From positions 352,001-416,000 of the forward strand of contig CAWCMR010000005.1 of NCBI GenBank assembly GCA_963796685.1: a stretch of 64,000 nucleotides of DNA, read 5' to 3'. Origin of the DNA: an uncultured delta proteobacterium. GTDB lineage: Bacteria > Myxococcota_A > Polyangia > Fen-1088. The first letter of the stretch is position 1, and the number at the start of each line of letters is the position of its first letter. The notes under the pieces are model-generated. The model did no database searches. It was not told the origin of the DNA and saw nothing but the letters and a program-made list of their open reading frames with translations. The position numbers and the translations under genes are program-made. Below, in pieces: positions 1 to 10,200 of the stretch.

Positions 1-12
1 AGGAAGCGCGAC

Positions 13-939
13 GTGAAATCGGGAAGCCGTCTGGAACAGGTCCTGGAGAGCGGTCAGTTCGCCGTGACCACCGAGGTCGGCGCGCCCAAGGGCTGCCTGC
101 CGGACGTCCTGCGCAAGAAGGGCGCGCTGCTCGCCTCGTCGTGCGACGCCATCAACGTGACCGACAACCAGGCGGCCGTGGTGCGCATGTCGAGCTTCGC
201 CGGATGTCTCCTGCTCAAGGAGACGGGAGCGGAGCCCGTGCTGCAGATGGTGGTGCGCGACCGCAATCGTCTGGCTCTGCAGAGCGACATCCTGGGCGCC
301 GCCGCGCTCGGCATCCGCAACGTCCTTTGCCTGGCCGGGGATCACCAGCTTCTGGGCAACCATCCCGGCGCCGTCGGGGTCTACGATCTCGATGCCATCC
401 AATTGGTTCAGACGATCAAGGTGCTGCGGGACGAGCATCGGGTCCTGGGCGGCGATGCCATCTCCGGGGACGTGCCGCTCTTCATCGGCGCGGTCACCAA
501 CCCGTTCGCGGAGCCCGCGGACCTTCACCTGCTGACCCTGGCCAAGAAGATCCGCGCCGGGGCCGACTTCATCCAGACCCAGGCCATCTTCGATTTTTCG
601 CGATTCGCCGCCTGGATGGACAAGGTCAGGCAGCAAGGCCTGCACGAAAAAGCGCACATCCTGGCCAGCGTGCTGCCCATCAAATCGGTCGAGATGGCGC
701 GCCGGATGCGTGGCGGGGTTCCGGGGGTGCGCGTTCCCGACGACATCGCCCTTCGCATCGAGCGGGCCGGCGATGCGCGCGCCGAGGGCATCCGCATCTG
801 CATCGACCTCATCGAGCAGCTCAAGAAGGTACCGGGCGTCCATGGCGTTCACATCATGGCCGTCGCCGGGGAAGACGCGGTTCCGGGCATCGTGAAGCAG
901 GCCGGCCTTTCGCCCCGCCCGCGGCGCGATGCCGATTGA
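13..939 (+). CDS. metF: Methylenetetrahydrofolate reductase
   Basis: Motifs AINVTDN, RDRNRLALQSD, CLAGD, KKIRAGADFIQTQ, HGVHIM. Confidence 0.9.
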   Translation: MKSGSRLEQVLESGQFAVTTEVGAPKGCLPDVLRKKGALLASSCDAINVTDNQAAVVRMSSFAGCLLLKETGAEPVLQMVVRDRNRLALQSDILGAAALGIRNVLCLAGDHQLLGNHPGAVGVYDLDAIQLVQTIKVLRDEHRVLGGDAISGDVPLFIGAVTNPFAEPADLHLLTLAKKIRAGADFIQTQAIFDFSRFAAWMDKVRQQGLHEKAHILASVLPIKSVEMARRMRGGVPGVRVPDDIALRIERAGDARAEGIRICIDLIEQLKKVPGVHGVHIMAVAGEDAVPGIVKQAGLSPRPRRDAD

Positions 940-1051
940 CGGGGTCGCTCGAGGATGGCGACGTGATGGCGATGAAGGCCGGGTTTCACGTGCTGGACTG
1001 AAGTGCCCCCGCCGTGCATCGCTCCCCGGGCGGTGCTATGAAGACGCGCCC

Positions 1052-1744
1052 ATGCGCCCCTGGCAGGTTCTGGAAAGCATCAAGACGAAAGAAGGCATCC
1101 TCGAGCTACGACGCCGGGGCGAGCGCGACTTTCTGATGACCATCGCAGGCCGCGTGCTGATGACCAGCCAGCACCACCGCTCCGAAGATGTTCTGGCGGA
1201 CATCGCGTGCGCGGCGCTCGCCAAGAAGAGACGTCCGCGCGTTCTGCTCGGCGGTCTTGGCATGGGCTACACCTTGCGCGCGGCCCTCGATGGGATGTCC
1301 CCCGGCGCGGCGCTTACCGTGGTCGAGCTGAACCAGAAGGTCGTCGACTGGAACCGCGGAGCCCTCGGGCCCCTGGCCAAGGCCCCCCTGACCGACCCGC
1401 GCGTGAAGGTGGTCGTGGCCGACGTGGCGCGGGTCATCGCCCAAGCGCGCGCGGGCAGCTACGACGCCATCCTGTTCGATCTGTACGAGGGGCCGCACGG
1501 CGTGGCGAACCGCGACTGGCATCCGCTCTACGGCAGCGAGGCCTTGCTGCGGACGCAAGCCGCGCTCGGTCCGGACGGCATCTTCGCGGTGTGGTCCGAA
1601 GAAGCCGATCCGCCCTTCGAAGAGCGCCTGAAGAAGAGCGGCTTCACCGTCAAACGCCACAAGAGCGGCCAAGGCGGACGCATCCACGTGGTCTACCTGG
1701 CCCAGGTCAACGCAAAGGAGTTGCGCGGTCGCGCGCCGGCGTAG
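1052..1744 (+). CDS. Spermidine-synthase-like SAM-dependent methyltransferase-fold protein
   Basis: VLLGGLGMGYTL SAM-binding motif, VVELN, YDAILFD; start moved to ATG 1052. Confidence 0.75.
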   Translation: MRPWQVLESIKTKEGILELRRRGERDFLMTIAGRVLMTSQHHRSEDVLADIACAALAKKRRPRVLLGGLGMGYTLRAALDGMSPGAALTVVELNQKVVDWNRGALGPLAKAPLTDPRVKVVVADVARVIAQARAGSYDAILFDLYEGPHGVANRDWHPLYGSEALLRTQAALGPDGIFAVWSEEADPPFEERLKKSGFTVKRHKSGQGGRIHVVYLAQVNAKELRGRAPA

Positions 1745-1843
1745 TCCGGACGGATACCGCGGGCAAGCGCTGGCTTGCATTTGCGTACGCAAAACCCCAG
1801 AATGCGTCGCACTGGAGCCGGGTTGAAACCATCGGTGCCTATC

Positions 1844-2647
1844 ATGCAGACGCGATTGTCGATTGTCATCGGGGCCGCCTTGTATGCCTTCCTCGTCACG
1901 TCGCCCGCCGACGCCAAGAAGGGCGCGCGAAGTGACCAGGGCAGCGCTCGCGGCTCCGTGTTCAAGGTCGAGGTGGACAAGTCCCACGCTCTCGACGAGC
2001 ACCAGATGGTGATCCGCATGTCGCGACCGCCGGGCAAAGTTCAGCTCACGGTCAAGACCGAGGAAGGCGCGATCATCGCCGACCTGCAAGAGGACTTCAC
2101 GGGCAGGCCGGCCGGCGCGCCGCTGACCGTGAAGTGGGACCAAGACAAGGACCAACCCATCGGCTCCATCGAGCTGCGCATGTACGATCGGGACGAGCAC
2201 TACATCGACCAGGAGTACTCGGCCTGGTTCGTGCCGATCCCGCACGAAGAGGTCAACTTCCGCACCGATTCGTCCGACATCGACGCCCCCGAGGTGCCCA
2301 AGCTCGAGGCCGCCTTCGCCAAGGTGCAGGAGATTCTGTCGAAGGACAAGGCGCGCGAGCACAAGAACCTGACCCTGTATGTGATCGGACACACCGACAC
2401 CGTTGGCAACGCCGCCTACAACCTGAAGCTGTCGCAGGCGCGCGCGCAGTCGCTGGCGCGCTGGTTCCACCAGCGCGGCGTGCGCATCCCCATCGCGTAT
2501 GAAGGATTCGGCGAAACCGCGCTGAAGGTGCAGACGCCGGATCAGACCGACGAGTCACGCAACCGCCGCGCCGACTACATCCTCGCCGACGAAGCGCCGC
2601 CCATGGTGGGCACCGGCGGCTTCAAGCCGGGTTGGAAGCGGATTTAG
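1844..2647 (+). CDS. OmpA-family peptidoglycan-binding protein, secreted
   Basis: Signal peptide; GHTDTVG..YNLKLSQARA..GFGE..NRR OmpA C-terminal motifs. Confidence 0.85.
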   Translation: MQTRLSIVIGAALYAFLVTSPADAKKGARSDQGSARGSVFKVEVDKSHALDEHQMVIRMSRPPGKVQLTVKTEEGAIIADLQEDFTGRPAGAPLTVKWDQDKDQPIGSIELRMYDRDEHYIDQEYSAWFVPIPHEEVNFRTDSSDIDAPEVPKLEAAFAKVQEILSKDKAREHKNLTLYVIGHTDTVGNAAYNLKLSQARAQSLARWFHQRGVRIPIAYEGFGETALKVQTPDQTDESRNRRADYILADEAPPMVGTGGFKPGWKRI

Positions 2648-2657
2648 GGTGATACCA

Positions 2658-2711
2658 CCTCGCCCCGCGCAGCGGGGAGAGGTCGCCGAGCGCAGCGAGG
2701 CGGGTGAGGGG
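2658..2711. repeat. REP-like palindromic element (CCTCGCCCCGC..GCGGGGAGAGG..GGGTGAGGGG family)
   Basis: Two nested hairpins between convergent genes; related copies at 24115-24235 and about 63181-63328. Confidence 0.75.
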
Positions 2712-2726
2712 CATCGGTCTGGTGCT

Positions 2727-5159
2727 CTAGAAGGGTTGGGTAACCCTGGCGCCCTGCCCCGCGTAGCCGCGGTCGACGGTGCGGTTGCGCCACCATAAGA
2801 GCGCCACGGGCAGCACGATGACGGCGGCGCCGAGGCAGAAAACCTCGCCCAGGATGGCCATGGCGCCGAAGCCGCGCAGGGCCTGGCTGTGCGCGGCCAG
2901 CAGCGAACCGTAGCCCACGATGGTGGTCCACGAACAGAGCACCACGGCCGCACCCGTGGTGGCCACCGCCGACGAGATCCGTCCCTCTTTGTCCAAGCGC
3001 CCCACCATGTTCAGTGCGTATTCGGCGCCGATCCCCAGCGTGATGGGGATGGCGATGAAGTTGAGGAAGGTGACCCGCACGCCCAGCAGGCCCGCCGTGC
3101 CGATCATCCACCCCACGCCCAGCACCACCGATGCCACCACCTTCAGCGCCGAGGTCGCCGGTCGAACGACCAGCAACACCAACACCACCAGCCCGGCAAA
3201 GGCGAGGCCGGTGGCCCGCGGACCATCTTTCAAGATCGACCGCAACATCGCGCCCAGAACCATGGGCTGGCCCGAGCTTTCGAGCGTCGAGCCGTCCGCG
3301 AGGTGAAGGCTCTGCAACACCCCCGCGATGCGCAGAAGCTCCTTGCCGTCCCACATGGTGATGTGCTCGTCGTGGTAGGCCAGCACCACGCGCCCGATGG
3401 TGCCATCGGTCTCGGTGAAGGGGTAGCGCACCAGCGCGGGTAAATCCCGAGGCTGGAGCAGGCGCAGATTCTCCGGCGGGCACAAGGCCTCGAGCTCGCG
3501 CCGCTGCGACGCCGGGAGCACGGCCATGGCCGGGTCGTGCAAGAGGTTGCGAATCTCGTCCAGCACCTCCAGCTTTTTCTGTTGCACGAGTTGGGTACCA
3601 GGCAGGACGTCGTAGATGGTGACCACGTGACCGATGCGCGGTCTGTCCTGGGCGTCCTGGCGACGGACGGCGGCGGGGATCAGCGGCACCTGCTCGATTC
3701 GATCGGCCAAGAGCGGCACGGGGCTGTACCAGTGCCCAAAGGTGCCGAGGAGATGGCCATCCGCCGCTTGCCGCTCCGCCGTGGCGCCGGTGTCGGCCCG
3801 CAGCCGGCGAAAATCGTACTCGAAGGGGTCGTGCAGGAAATGGCCGAAGCCGACGGCCGCCACCGCGCTCGCCAGCACCGCGCCGGCGCCCAGCAGCGCG
3901 AACCGGCGGGTAATGAAATCGCCGAGAAAGTGCAGCCCGAAGGGAGCGGTCGTGCGCAGCCCGAGCTTCGCGTCGAGCAAGCGCAACAGCGCGGGCAACA
4001 CCGAGAAGGCCGCCGACCAGCACAGCAGGCTTCCCACCGCGCCCATCAGGCCGAAGTGGGAGAACCCGCGGAAGCTGGTGAGCGCGAGCGAAGCATAGGC
4101 CACGGCGGCGGCCAGGGCGGCGACCAGGGTGCTCTTCCAGGTGGCGGCCACGGTGTGCCGCAGGCGAACGCCGACGGGCTCGGCCGACGCCCGCGACAGC
4201 TCCCGGAAACGGGCCAGAAAGACGATGCCGTGGTTGATGCCGTTGCCGAGGATGATCGAGCCCAGGAAAGCCGTCGACGAATTGAGGTACCCGGACACGA
4301 GCTTTTCGGTGGCGAAGGCCAGCACGGTGCCCAGGGCCGCGGGGAGCACCACGAGCGGGATGGCCCAAACCGATCGGAAGAAGAGCGCGATGGACAAGCC
4401 GATGACCAGCACGCAGATGGCGGTGACGACCACGACGTCCTGCTCCACCGCGCGGCGATTCTCGAGCGCGATCATCACCGGCCCCGTGGGGGTCACGCGC
4501 ATGTCGGGATGAAAAGCCTGCGGCGGATGGCTTGCCACGAAGGCCTCCACCGCCTGGACCAGCGGCTCGCCCGCGCGCTCCTGAAAGACGCCGCCCGAGT
4601 CCGAGGGCAGTGCGACGACCCAGGCGAAACCGTCCCGGGCAAAGGTCCCATCAGGGAAGCGCTCTTCGAGCGGGCTTGGGTGCCGCCGCTGTTTGAGCGC
4701 GTCGGTCAGCGAGGCCGGCTCGGCCTCGTCATCCAAATCGAGCGCCAACGGGTTTTTGCGGGTGAGGATCTTGGAGCGCAGGCGGTCTCGGCCTTCAACC
4801 AGATCGTCCAGCGACGTGTAGAGCCAGGCGTTGCGCTGGACGAAGTCGCGCACCTCGTTCATCTCGTACGCCGCCAGGGCGCACACCTGCGGCGGCAAGC
4901 TGCGTAGGTACTGGGTCAGCGCGGCGGCGAAGCGCAGGTTGGCAGCGCGGTCCGGGGACTTGATGGCCACCATCAGCGGGCCAAGCTCGTGCATGCGCTG
5001 GGCGTTCTTCTTCAGAACCACCACCGCCGGGTCGCTGTTCGGCAGAAGCTCGGCGAACGAGGTGCGAAGCTCCAGCCGGGAAGCCACGAGCGAAGCGCCC
5101 GCGCCGACCAACGTGGCGACCGAGAGAACCAACCACGAGCGTTCGAGCAAACGTGCCAT
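2727..5159 (-). CDS. MMPL/RND-family transporter (HpnN-like)
   Basis: Two TM bundles with IILGNGINHG and ITLGIGAEY motifs; real start taken as MARLLERS at 5159 (upstream part of the listed ORF is antisense to the DUF2911 gene). Confidence 0.85.
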   Translation of the reverse strand: MARLLERSWLVLSVATLVGAGASLVASRLELRTSFAELLPNSDPAVVVLKKNAQRMHELGPLMVAIKSPDRAANLRFAAALTQYLRSLPPQVCALAAYEMNEVRDFVQRNAWLYTSLDDLVEGRDRLRSKILTRKNPLALDLDDEAEPASLTDALKQRRHPSPLEERFPDGTFARDGFAWVVALPSDSGGVFQERAGEPLVQAVEAFVASHPPQAFHPDMRVTPTGPVMIALENRRAVEQDVVVVTAICVLVIGLSIALFFRSVWAIPLVVLPAALGTVLAFATEKLVSGYLNSSTAFLGSIILGNGINHGIVFLARFRELSRASAEPVGVRLRHTVAATWKSTLVAALAAAVAYASLALTSFRGFSHFGLMGAVGSLLCWSAAFSVLPALLRLLDAKLGLRTTAPFGLHFLGDFITRRFALLGAGAVLASAVAAVGFGHFLHDPFEYDFRRLRADTGATAERQAADGHLLGTFGHWYSPVPLLADRIEQVPLIPAAVRRQDAQDRPRIGHVVTIYDVLPGTQLVQQKKLEVLDEIRNLLHDPAMAVLPASQRRELEALCPPENLRLLQPRDLPALVRYPFTETDGTIGRVVLAYHDEHITMWDGKELLRIAGVLQSLHLADGSTLESSGQPMVLGAMLRSILKDGPRATGLAFAGLVVLVLLVVRPATSALKVVASVVLGVGWMIGTAGLLGVRVTFLNFIAIPITLGIGAEYALNMVGRLDKEGRISSAVATTGAAVVLCSWTTIVGYGSLLAAHSQALRGFGAMAILGEVFCLGAAVIVLPVALLWWRNRTVDRGYAGQGARVTQPF

Positions 5160-5432
5160 GGCCGTCCCTAGAGCAAACGCGATGCCAGCGTGGCGCGAGG
5201 GCTCTGCGCGATCCGTGGCGCGCGAATTCCGGCGCAAGAAGCAGGGCGCCGCCGGCCCCCGTCGTGCGCGGGTGGTGAAAATCCGGTGAAAAACCATCAG
5301 CGCTCGCACCGGGCGCCGCTTCGCCCTGCCACGTGCAAGTGTCCGGCGCCGTGCTAAGTAGAATCCGGCTTCGCTCCAAGGATTCGAAAGTCTCGCAAGG
5401 ATACGACAGCCAAGCGAAAGGAGAGTGATTTC

Positions 5433-6290
5433 ATGTCCCAGTTCCCGCAGCTCGCACTTCCCCTCGTTGCCGCGGCAACGGTGGTTCTTGTTTCCGCCAA
5501 TGCCTCCGCGCAATTGGAGCTTCCGCGCCCCAGCCCGGCAGCTAAAGTCTCGCAGGTCATCGGCCTGACCGAGATCACCGTCGACTACAGCAGCCCCGCG
5601 GTCAAGGGCCGTCCCATCTGGGGCGCGCTCGTGCCCTACAACCAGATGTGGCGCACCGGCGCCAACCAGGCCACCAAGATCACCTTCAGCCACGACGTCA
5701 CCTTCGGCGGCAAGCCGGTGCCGGCCGGGACGTATGCACTGTTCACCATCCCCACGAAGGGAGAATGGACGGTGATCCTGAACAAGAAGGCCGACCAATC
5801 CGGCACCGGGCGCGAGTACAAGGCCGACCTCGACCTGGTGCGCTTCCAGGTCCACGCCAAGCCGGCCCCGCACCGCGAGCGCATGGCCTTCCTGTTCTCG
5901 GACTTCACCGACGACAAGGGCACGCTCGACCTGGAATGGGACAAGTTGCGCGTCGCCATGCCCATCAAGGTCGACACCGAAGCCCAGGCGATGGCCAACA
6001 TCTCCAAGAGCATCGACGGCACGTGGCGGACCTACGCCAACGCCGCCCGCTACCTCGCCGAGACCAAGAAGGACTACGACACCGGGCTCAAGTACATCGA
6101 GCAATCGCTCAGCTTGAAAGTGGACTGGTTCAATCTGTGGATCAAGGCCACGCTCCTGGCCGACAAGGGCAAGACCAAGGACGCCATCACCGTGGGCGAG
6201 CAAGCCTACGAGCTCGGCCAGAAAGCCGACTTCTTCTTCCTCGAGCCCGAGATCAAGAAGACCCTGGCCGAGTGGAAGAAGAAGGGCTGA
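5433..6290 (+). CDS. DUF2911 domain secreted protein with TPR-like tail
   Basis: PRPSP..ITVDYSSPAVKGR.IWGALVPY..WRTGAN signature; GGAG RBS. Confidence 0.85.
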   Translation: MSQFPQLALPLVAAATVVLVSANASAQLELPRPSPAAKVSQVIGLTEITVDYSSPAVKGRPIWGALVPYNQMWRTGANQATKITFSHDVTFGGKPVPAGTYALFTIPTKGEWTVILNKKADQSGTGREYKADLDLVRFQVHAKPAPHRERMAFLFSDFTDDKGTLDLEWDKLRVAMPIKVDTEAQAMANISKSIDGTWRTYANAARYLAETKKDYDTGLKYIEQSLSLKVDWFNLWIKATLLADKGKTKDAITVGEQAYELGQKADFFFLEPEIKKTLAEWKKKG

Positions 6291-6351
6291 GCCCGTAGGC
6301 GACCGGCCGTCATAGCTTCCCAGATCTCCGCCATGGCGCCATACTGCAAGC

Positions 6352-6873
6352 ATGGCTTGCCACCCTGGGCGGCGAATCGTCGCCGGCCTCGTTCTTTGCG
6401 CCCTTGCCGGGTGCGCGACCACCGCCAACATTTCCCAGACCAACGGCCTGACGTACGAGGCGGACATTCTCGGCTCGGACGCGAATTCCCTGCGCGTGCG
6501 CGACAACTACGGCCGTGAGATCGTGGTCCCCGGCGGAGATGTGGCGGACATCGACCATCCCGGCAATGTGCTCCTCACCATCGGCGTGGTCCTGGTCGTC
6601 ATGTCCGCCCCGATGATCATCGGGGACCTCGCCCATCGGGACCAGTCTCAACAGAGCGAATGGTCGGGAATGGGGCTCGCAATGGGTATTCCGATGGCCG
6701 TCACCGGCCTTTCCCTCGGAATCCCCGCGTGGCTTCGCTACAGACACTCCAAGCGCGAGGCCAAGGCCTTTGAGGACGCGAACCCTATCCTCCCCATTCC
6801 TCGGCCCGCCATGTTCTCGCCCTATCCGTATCCCTATCCCCCGCCCTATCCGTATCCGCGCCCACAGTGGTGA
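6352..6873 (+). CDS. Hypothetical lipoprotein with two TM helices and Pro/Tyr-rich tail
   Basis: Lipobox LAGC; hydrophobic segments; PYPYPYPPPYPYP C-terminus. Confidence 0.55.
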   Translation: MACHPGRRIVAGLVLCALAGCATTANISQTNGLTYEADILGSDANSLRVRDNYGREIVVPGGDVADIDHPGNVLLTIGVVLVVMSAPMIIGDLAHRDQSQQSEWSGMGLAMGIPMAVTGLSLGIPAWLRYRHSKREAKAFEDANPILPIPRPAMFSPYPYPYPPPYPYPRPQW

Positions 6874-6967
6874 GCTGCGCAGCTGCGCACGTAGGGCCGA
6901 GCGAGATCCTTTTTGAGCTGAGCCGTCACCGAGACAGTTCCATCGAATCCCTCCAAACTAGGATCGC

Positions 6968-8302
6968 TTACATACCGTGTATCTGGCAGGGGTCGGTTGC
7001 ATGCTTGAGCGCGACCTCTCCAATAAGCTGTCGCGATTCTCCAGACGTGGTTGCTTCCGCAGCGGCACGAGCGGTGACGAGTAAGGTCTCCGCGCCGCTC
7101 GGCCAGATGAAATTCACCTGCCGCGGAAAGGATCGCTTTGCATCATCGTCGGCACGCAAAGCGCCACCTGCCCAAACGCAGCTGCCGCTATGACCGCCTT
7201 GACGATGAGGCGCGAAGAAGAGGCCAAGCTCGGACAAGGCGAGTCGCGCGTTGTTCGGCCCTAGCATCGTGCATCGAACCACGGCCACCGCGGGCGCCTT
7301 CAACACGACCGGCTCCGGATCCAGACCGAGCTGCGCCGTGATTTCCGTGAGGGTCTTCGTCTGCACATGCGTAGCCCCTGTGCCTAGGCCAGTCCACGTC
7401 GACAGCCGGAGTCGGACATCCCCGGGCGAGGTGATGCGGAGCTCGAACCGCCCTTCCAAATCCGTGTCCGCTCCACGGACATCGAGCAGCACGCGATCGA
7501 GTGCTGAAAAGGCGCTCGGCCTTACGGGCTCGACGGAGACCAGTGCAGCCAGCGGCGACCCGTCCGCGTCCACGACCCGACCGCGAACCTTCAGCAGAGG
7601 CCGGGCGACTCGCACGGTTACGGAATAGCGCTTACCCGCATGGGCTGTGATACTGCTGGTCCCAAAGCGAGGCACCTCACCACGGGTCGTGGAGAACAGC
7701 GTGACCTCTCCTTCAGGGACGCCATCCGGCCCGAACGAGATCTTACCCTGGTCGCTGGAGCAGCAAGCCTCATAGCGGGCTCGGATGGTCCCTGCTTTCT
7801 CGACGAACCAACCAAGCCCCGCGTTTGGAAGCGGCTTTCCCTCCGCGTCTACGACCGTCACGTCGACGATCGGCGCGGTTCGGAGAGTGATCGTCAGATT
7901 GGATGGGCTTCCTGGCAACCGCAGCGTCGCCGTGGGTACCATGAATGGTAGATACCCAGCGGACGTGAAGACAACATTGGCGCCGACCGAGCCCGGTGCC
8001 CCCGGCGCCCACGCCATTCGAAACGAACCAGACTGATCCGAGGCCGTGCTTGCGAGCTCGGTATCACAGGGGGTAAGCACGTTCTCGAGGACGACTGTCT
8101 TTCGTTCTTCTTCTGCGCAAAGAACGACCCTCACCCCTTCGATGGGAGCGCCGCTTTGAGCATCGAGGACAGCACCCTGGATGATCGGCGGGAAATCTCG
8201 GCCAGCACTCCGGGGCGTTGCACACCCGGCGAGACCTACTACCACGAGCAGACTCGCAGTTGCCCGTCGTCCCCAAAACCTATGCGCGCGCGGCTCAGTC
8301 AC
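6968..8302 (-). CDS. Lipoprotein with carboxypeptidase-regulatory-like (prealbumin-fold) repeats
   Basis: Lipobox LAGC; repeated G.V.D..G.P..GV.V and TD..G.F motifs. Confidence 0.65.
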   Translation of the reverse strand: MTEPRAHRFWGRRATASLLVVVGLAGCATPRSAGRDFPPIIQGAVLDAQSGAPIEGVRVVLCAEEERKTVVLENVLTPCDTELASTASDQSGSFRMAWAPGAPGSVGANVVFTSAGYLPFMVPTATLRLPGSPSNLTITLRTAPIVDVTVVDAEGKPLPNAGLGWFVEKAGTIRARYEACCSSDQGKISFGPDGVPEGEVTLFSTTRGEVPRFGTSSITAHAGKRYSVTVRVARPLLKVRGRVVDADGSPLAALVSVEPVRPSAFSALDRVLLDVRGADTDLEGRFELRITSPGDVRLRLSTWTGLGTGATHVQTKTLTEITAQLGLDPEPVVLKAPAVAVVRCTMLGPNNARLALSELGLFFAPHRQGGHSGSCVWAGGALRADDDAKRSFPRQVNFIWPSGAETLLVTARAAAEATTSGESRQLIGEVALKHATDPCQIHGM

Positions 8303-8461
8303 TGCCTAGGTTGTCCATAGCATTCTCTCGCTCACTGGGTCAATAATGCGCGTGGCCGAACATGAACGGCTGATGCAGGCCATGGCTCACACGGGCTTCA
8401 GCGACGCCATCGGATCGGGTGTATCATCGCGGCGGACCCAGGCAGGCCCGTAGCGGGAGAG

Positions 8462-9466
8462 ATGGCTCGCAACGACCGCATAGTTCGTGTGGAAGCTCTC
8501 AAACAGGCATTGTGCGCCTCGCGGGTGGGCGTCCCGCTCAAAAGCCTCGCCGAGCGCCACCACTGGGATCTGCGCGGCCTGTACCGCGACATCGATGCGC
8601 TGGAGAGCGCGGGCTACGTCGTCGAACGAGACAACCACCGCTATCGCATCGTCGGCAACCCGCGCAGCACCGCCGGCGTCCCCGATGCCGACGAGCGCCT
8701 GGCCCTGTACCTGGCCCGCCAGAACGCCCGCGGCTGGAAAGAGACCTCGCTCGGCAAAGCCCTGGATCGCCTCTGGCACCGCGTGAGCTCCACCGGCGAC
8801 GGCCAAGCCGCCCTCTTGCCCATCGAATCCACGCCCTGGATCGCGACCCGCGAGCTGACCGGCCTCGACCTTGGCGCCCACCGGACCATCATCGCCACCC
8901 TGGAACGGGCCACCCGCGCACGACTGGCAGTCAACGTCCGCTACCTCGCCCTTTCGAGCGGCCAAGTTTCGAGCCGGGTGCTCGAACCCGGCGAGCTGTA
9001 CTGGGATCCTGGCCTCGAGACCCTCTACCTCATCGCCTGGTGCCGCCTGCGCAACGACGTACGCGTCTTCGCCGCCCACCGCTTCCTCGCCGTGGTGCTG
9101 ACCGACGAGCACTGCGCGCCCCGACCAGGAACCCGATCCCGCTCCGCCCTGCGCAGCGCCTTTCGCGTGTGGCGAAGCGAGCACGTGGAAAAAGTCCGCA
9201 TCTGGTTCTCGCCCGAGGTGGCCGACGAGATCGGCGAACGAACCTGGCTGGCCGATCAGAAGCTGGAAAAGGGCAGCAGCGGCACGATCCTGAGCGGCGA
9301 AGTCGCCGGACTCGCCGAAGTGGAGCGATGGATCCTCGGCTACGGCCCGGCCGCAAAGGTCCTGGCGCCGAAGGCCCTGGCGAAGACGGTGGCCGAGAAG
9401 CTGCGCGCGGGGGCGGCAGGGTACGCGAAAGATGCGCTGACGGAGCAAGAAAGGGAGCGGAGGTAG
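8462..9466 (+). CDS. WYL-domain transcriptional regulator (wHTH-WYL-WCX)
   Basis: N-terminal LYRDIDALESAG HTH; LYLIAWCRLRNDVRVF WYL motif; RWILGYG...LAP WCX. Confidence 0.9.
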   Translation: MARNDRIVRVEALKQALCASRVGVPLKSLAERHHWDLRGLYRDIDALESAGYVVERDNHRYRIVGNPRSTAGVPDADERLALYLARQNARGWKETSLGKALDRLWHRVSSTGDGQAALLPIESTPWIATRELTGLDLGAHRTIIATLERATRARLAVNVRYLALSSGQVSSRVLEPGELYWDPGLETLYLIAWCRLRNDVRVFAAHRFLAVVLTDEHCAPRPGTRSRSALRSAFRVWRSEHVEKVRIWFSPEVADEIGERTWLADQKLEKGSSGTILSGEVAGLAEVERWILGYGPAAKVLAPKALAKTVAEKLRAGAAGYAKDALTEQERERR

Positions 9467-9484
9467 TGAAACAGCCTGTTTCAC
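9466..9484. promoter_or_regulatory. Perfect palindrome GTGAAACAG-C-CTGTTTCAC, candidate operator
   Basis: 9-bp arms directly after the WYL stop codon; function inferred. Confidence 0.4.
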
Positions 9485-9505
9485 GGTTGAACGTCGAGGC
9501 CGCCA

Positions 9506-9542
9506 TCGCGAATTTGGCCACCGGCGGTGGCCAAATTCGCGA
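9506..9542. terminator. Long perfect hairpin between convergent WYL and MNT genes
   Basis: TCGCGAATTTGGCCACC-GGC-GGTGGCCAAATTCGCGA, 17-bp stem; no clear U tract. Confidence 0.45.
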
Positions 9543-9677
9543 GACCCGCATGAAGGAATTTTCTCCGAGAAACCCGAAATGCCCGCGTTCATGCCAAGAG
9601 CAAGACGTCAACGCCGCGCAGTCAGGCTCCCGGTCACGAGCCGCCCGCGAGCAAGCTCGTGACCGCAGTTTGGAGCT

Positions 9678-9962
9678 TCACAGGGCCACGGCCTCGGCCA
9701 AGATGCGACTGCGAAGATGCGGGCTGAGCCCATCGTCCGTCACCACGTCCACGGCGCGTCCCAGTATCCCCACGAGATCCTGCTCGATCCCGATGAGATC
9801 CAGGAGCGTGCGTCCCGGTTCCATATCTACGAGCAAGTCGACATCGCTCGCGTTCTTCGCTTGGCCACGCGCCATCGACCCGAAAAGGCGCGGATTTCTC
9901 CCCCCATGCCGGGCAACGACAGCCAAGACCTCGGCGCGCTTGCTAAGGAGAACCTCGTCCAT
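9678..9962 (-). CDS. Minimal nucleotidyltransferase (MNT/MntA-type antitoxin), no HEPN partner seen
   Basis: RLFGSMARG...SDVDLLV, LGRAVDVVT, ILAEAVAL. Confidence 0.85.
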   Translation of the reverse strand: MDEVLLSKRAEVLAVVARHGGRNPRLFGSMARGQAKNASDVDLLVDMEPGRTLLDLIGIEQDLVGILGRAVDVVTDDGLSPHLRSRILAEAVAL

Positions 9963-10200
9963 GACGCCAATTCTAGCACCTGAAGAAGGCCGAGGATCGA
10001 AGCCGAGCTGCGTGGCGAATCTTGGACCAGTAGTGACAAAGAGGTGGCGTAGGGTGGTGACGACGTTGAACGGAGGACTCAGGTGAGCTTCGAAGGACTA
10101 TTCAGAAAATCGACAGGATTCGATCTAGTTGGGCACCGGGGGCGCCTAGCCGATCCGGCCCGCGGCCCGGCTGTTGTCCCTGTGGTGACTGGAGGATGCG

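Noticed and set aside
5160-6506. N-terminal 449 aa of the 1259-aa ORF
   Set aside because: Antisense shadow of the DUF2911 gene; the MMPL protein starts at 5159.
6820-6860. CTATCCGT copies matching the start of the CRISPR repeat
   Set aside because: Pro-Tyr codons in a coding tail; no hairpin or spacer periodicity.
9467-10200. CreTA-like mini-array or degenerate repeats upstream of cas3 (e.g. GACGACGTTGAAC near 10058)
   Set aside because: Similarity too short and no second repeat at spacer distance; none seen by eye after csb2 either. A sensitive repeat scan would settle it.
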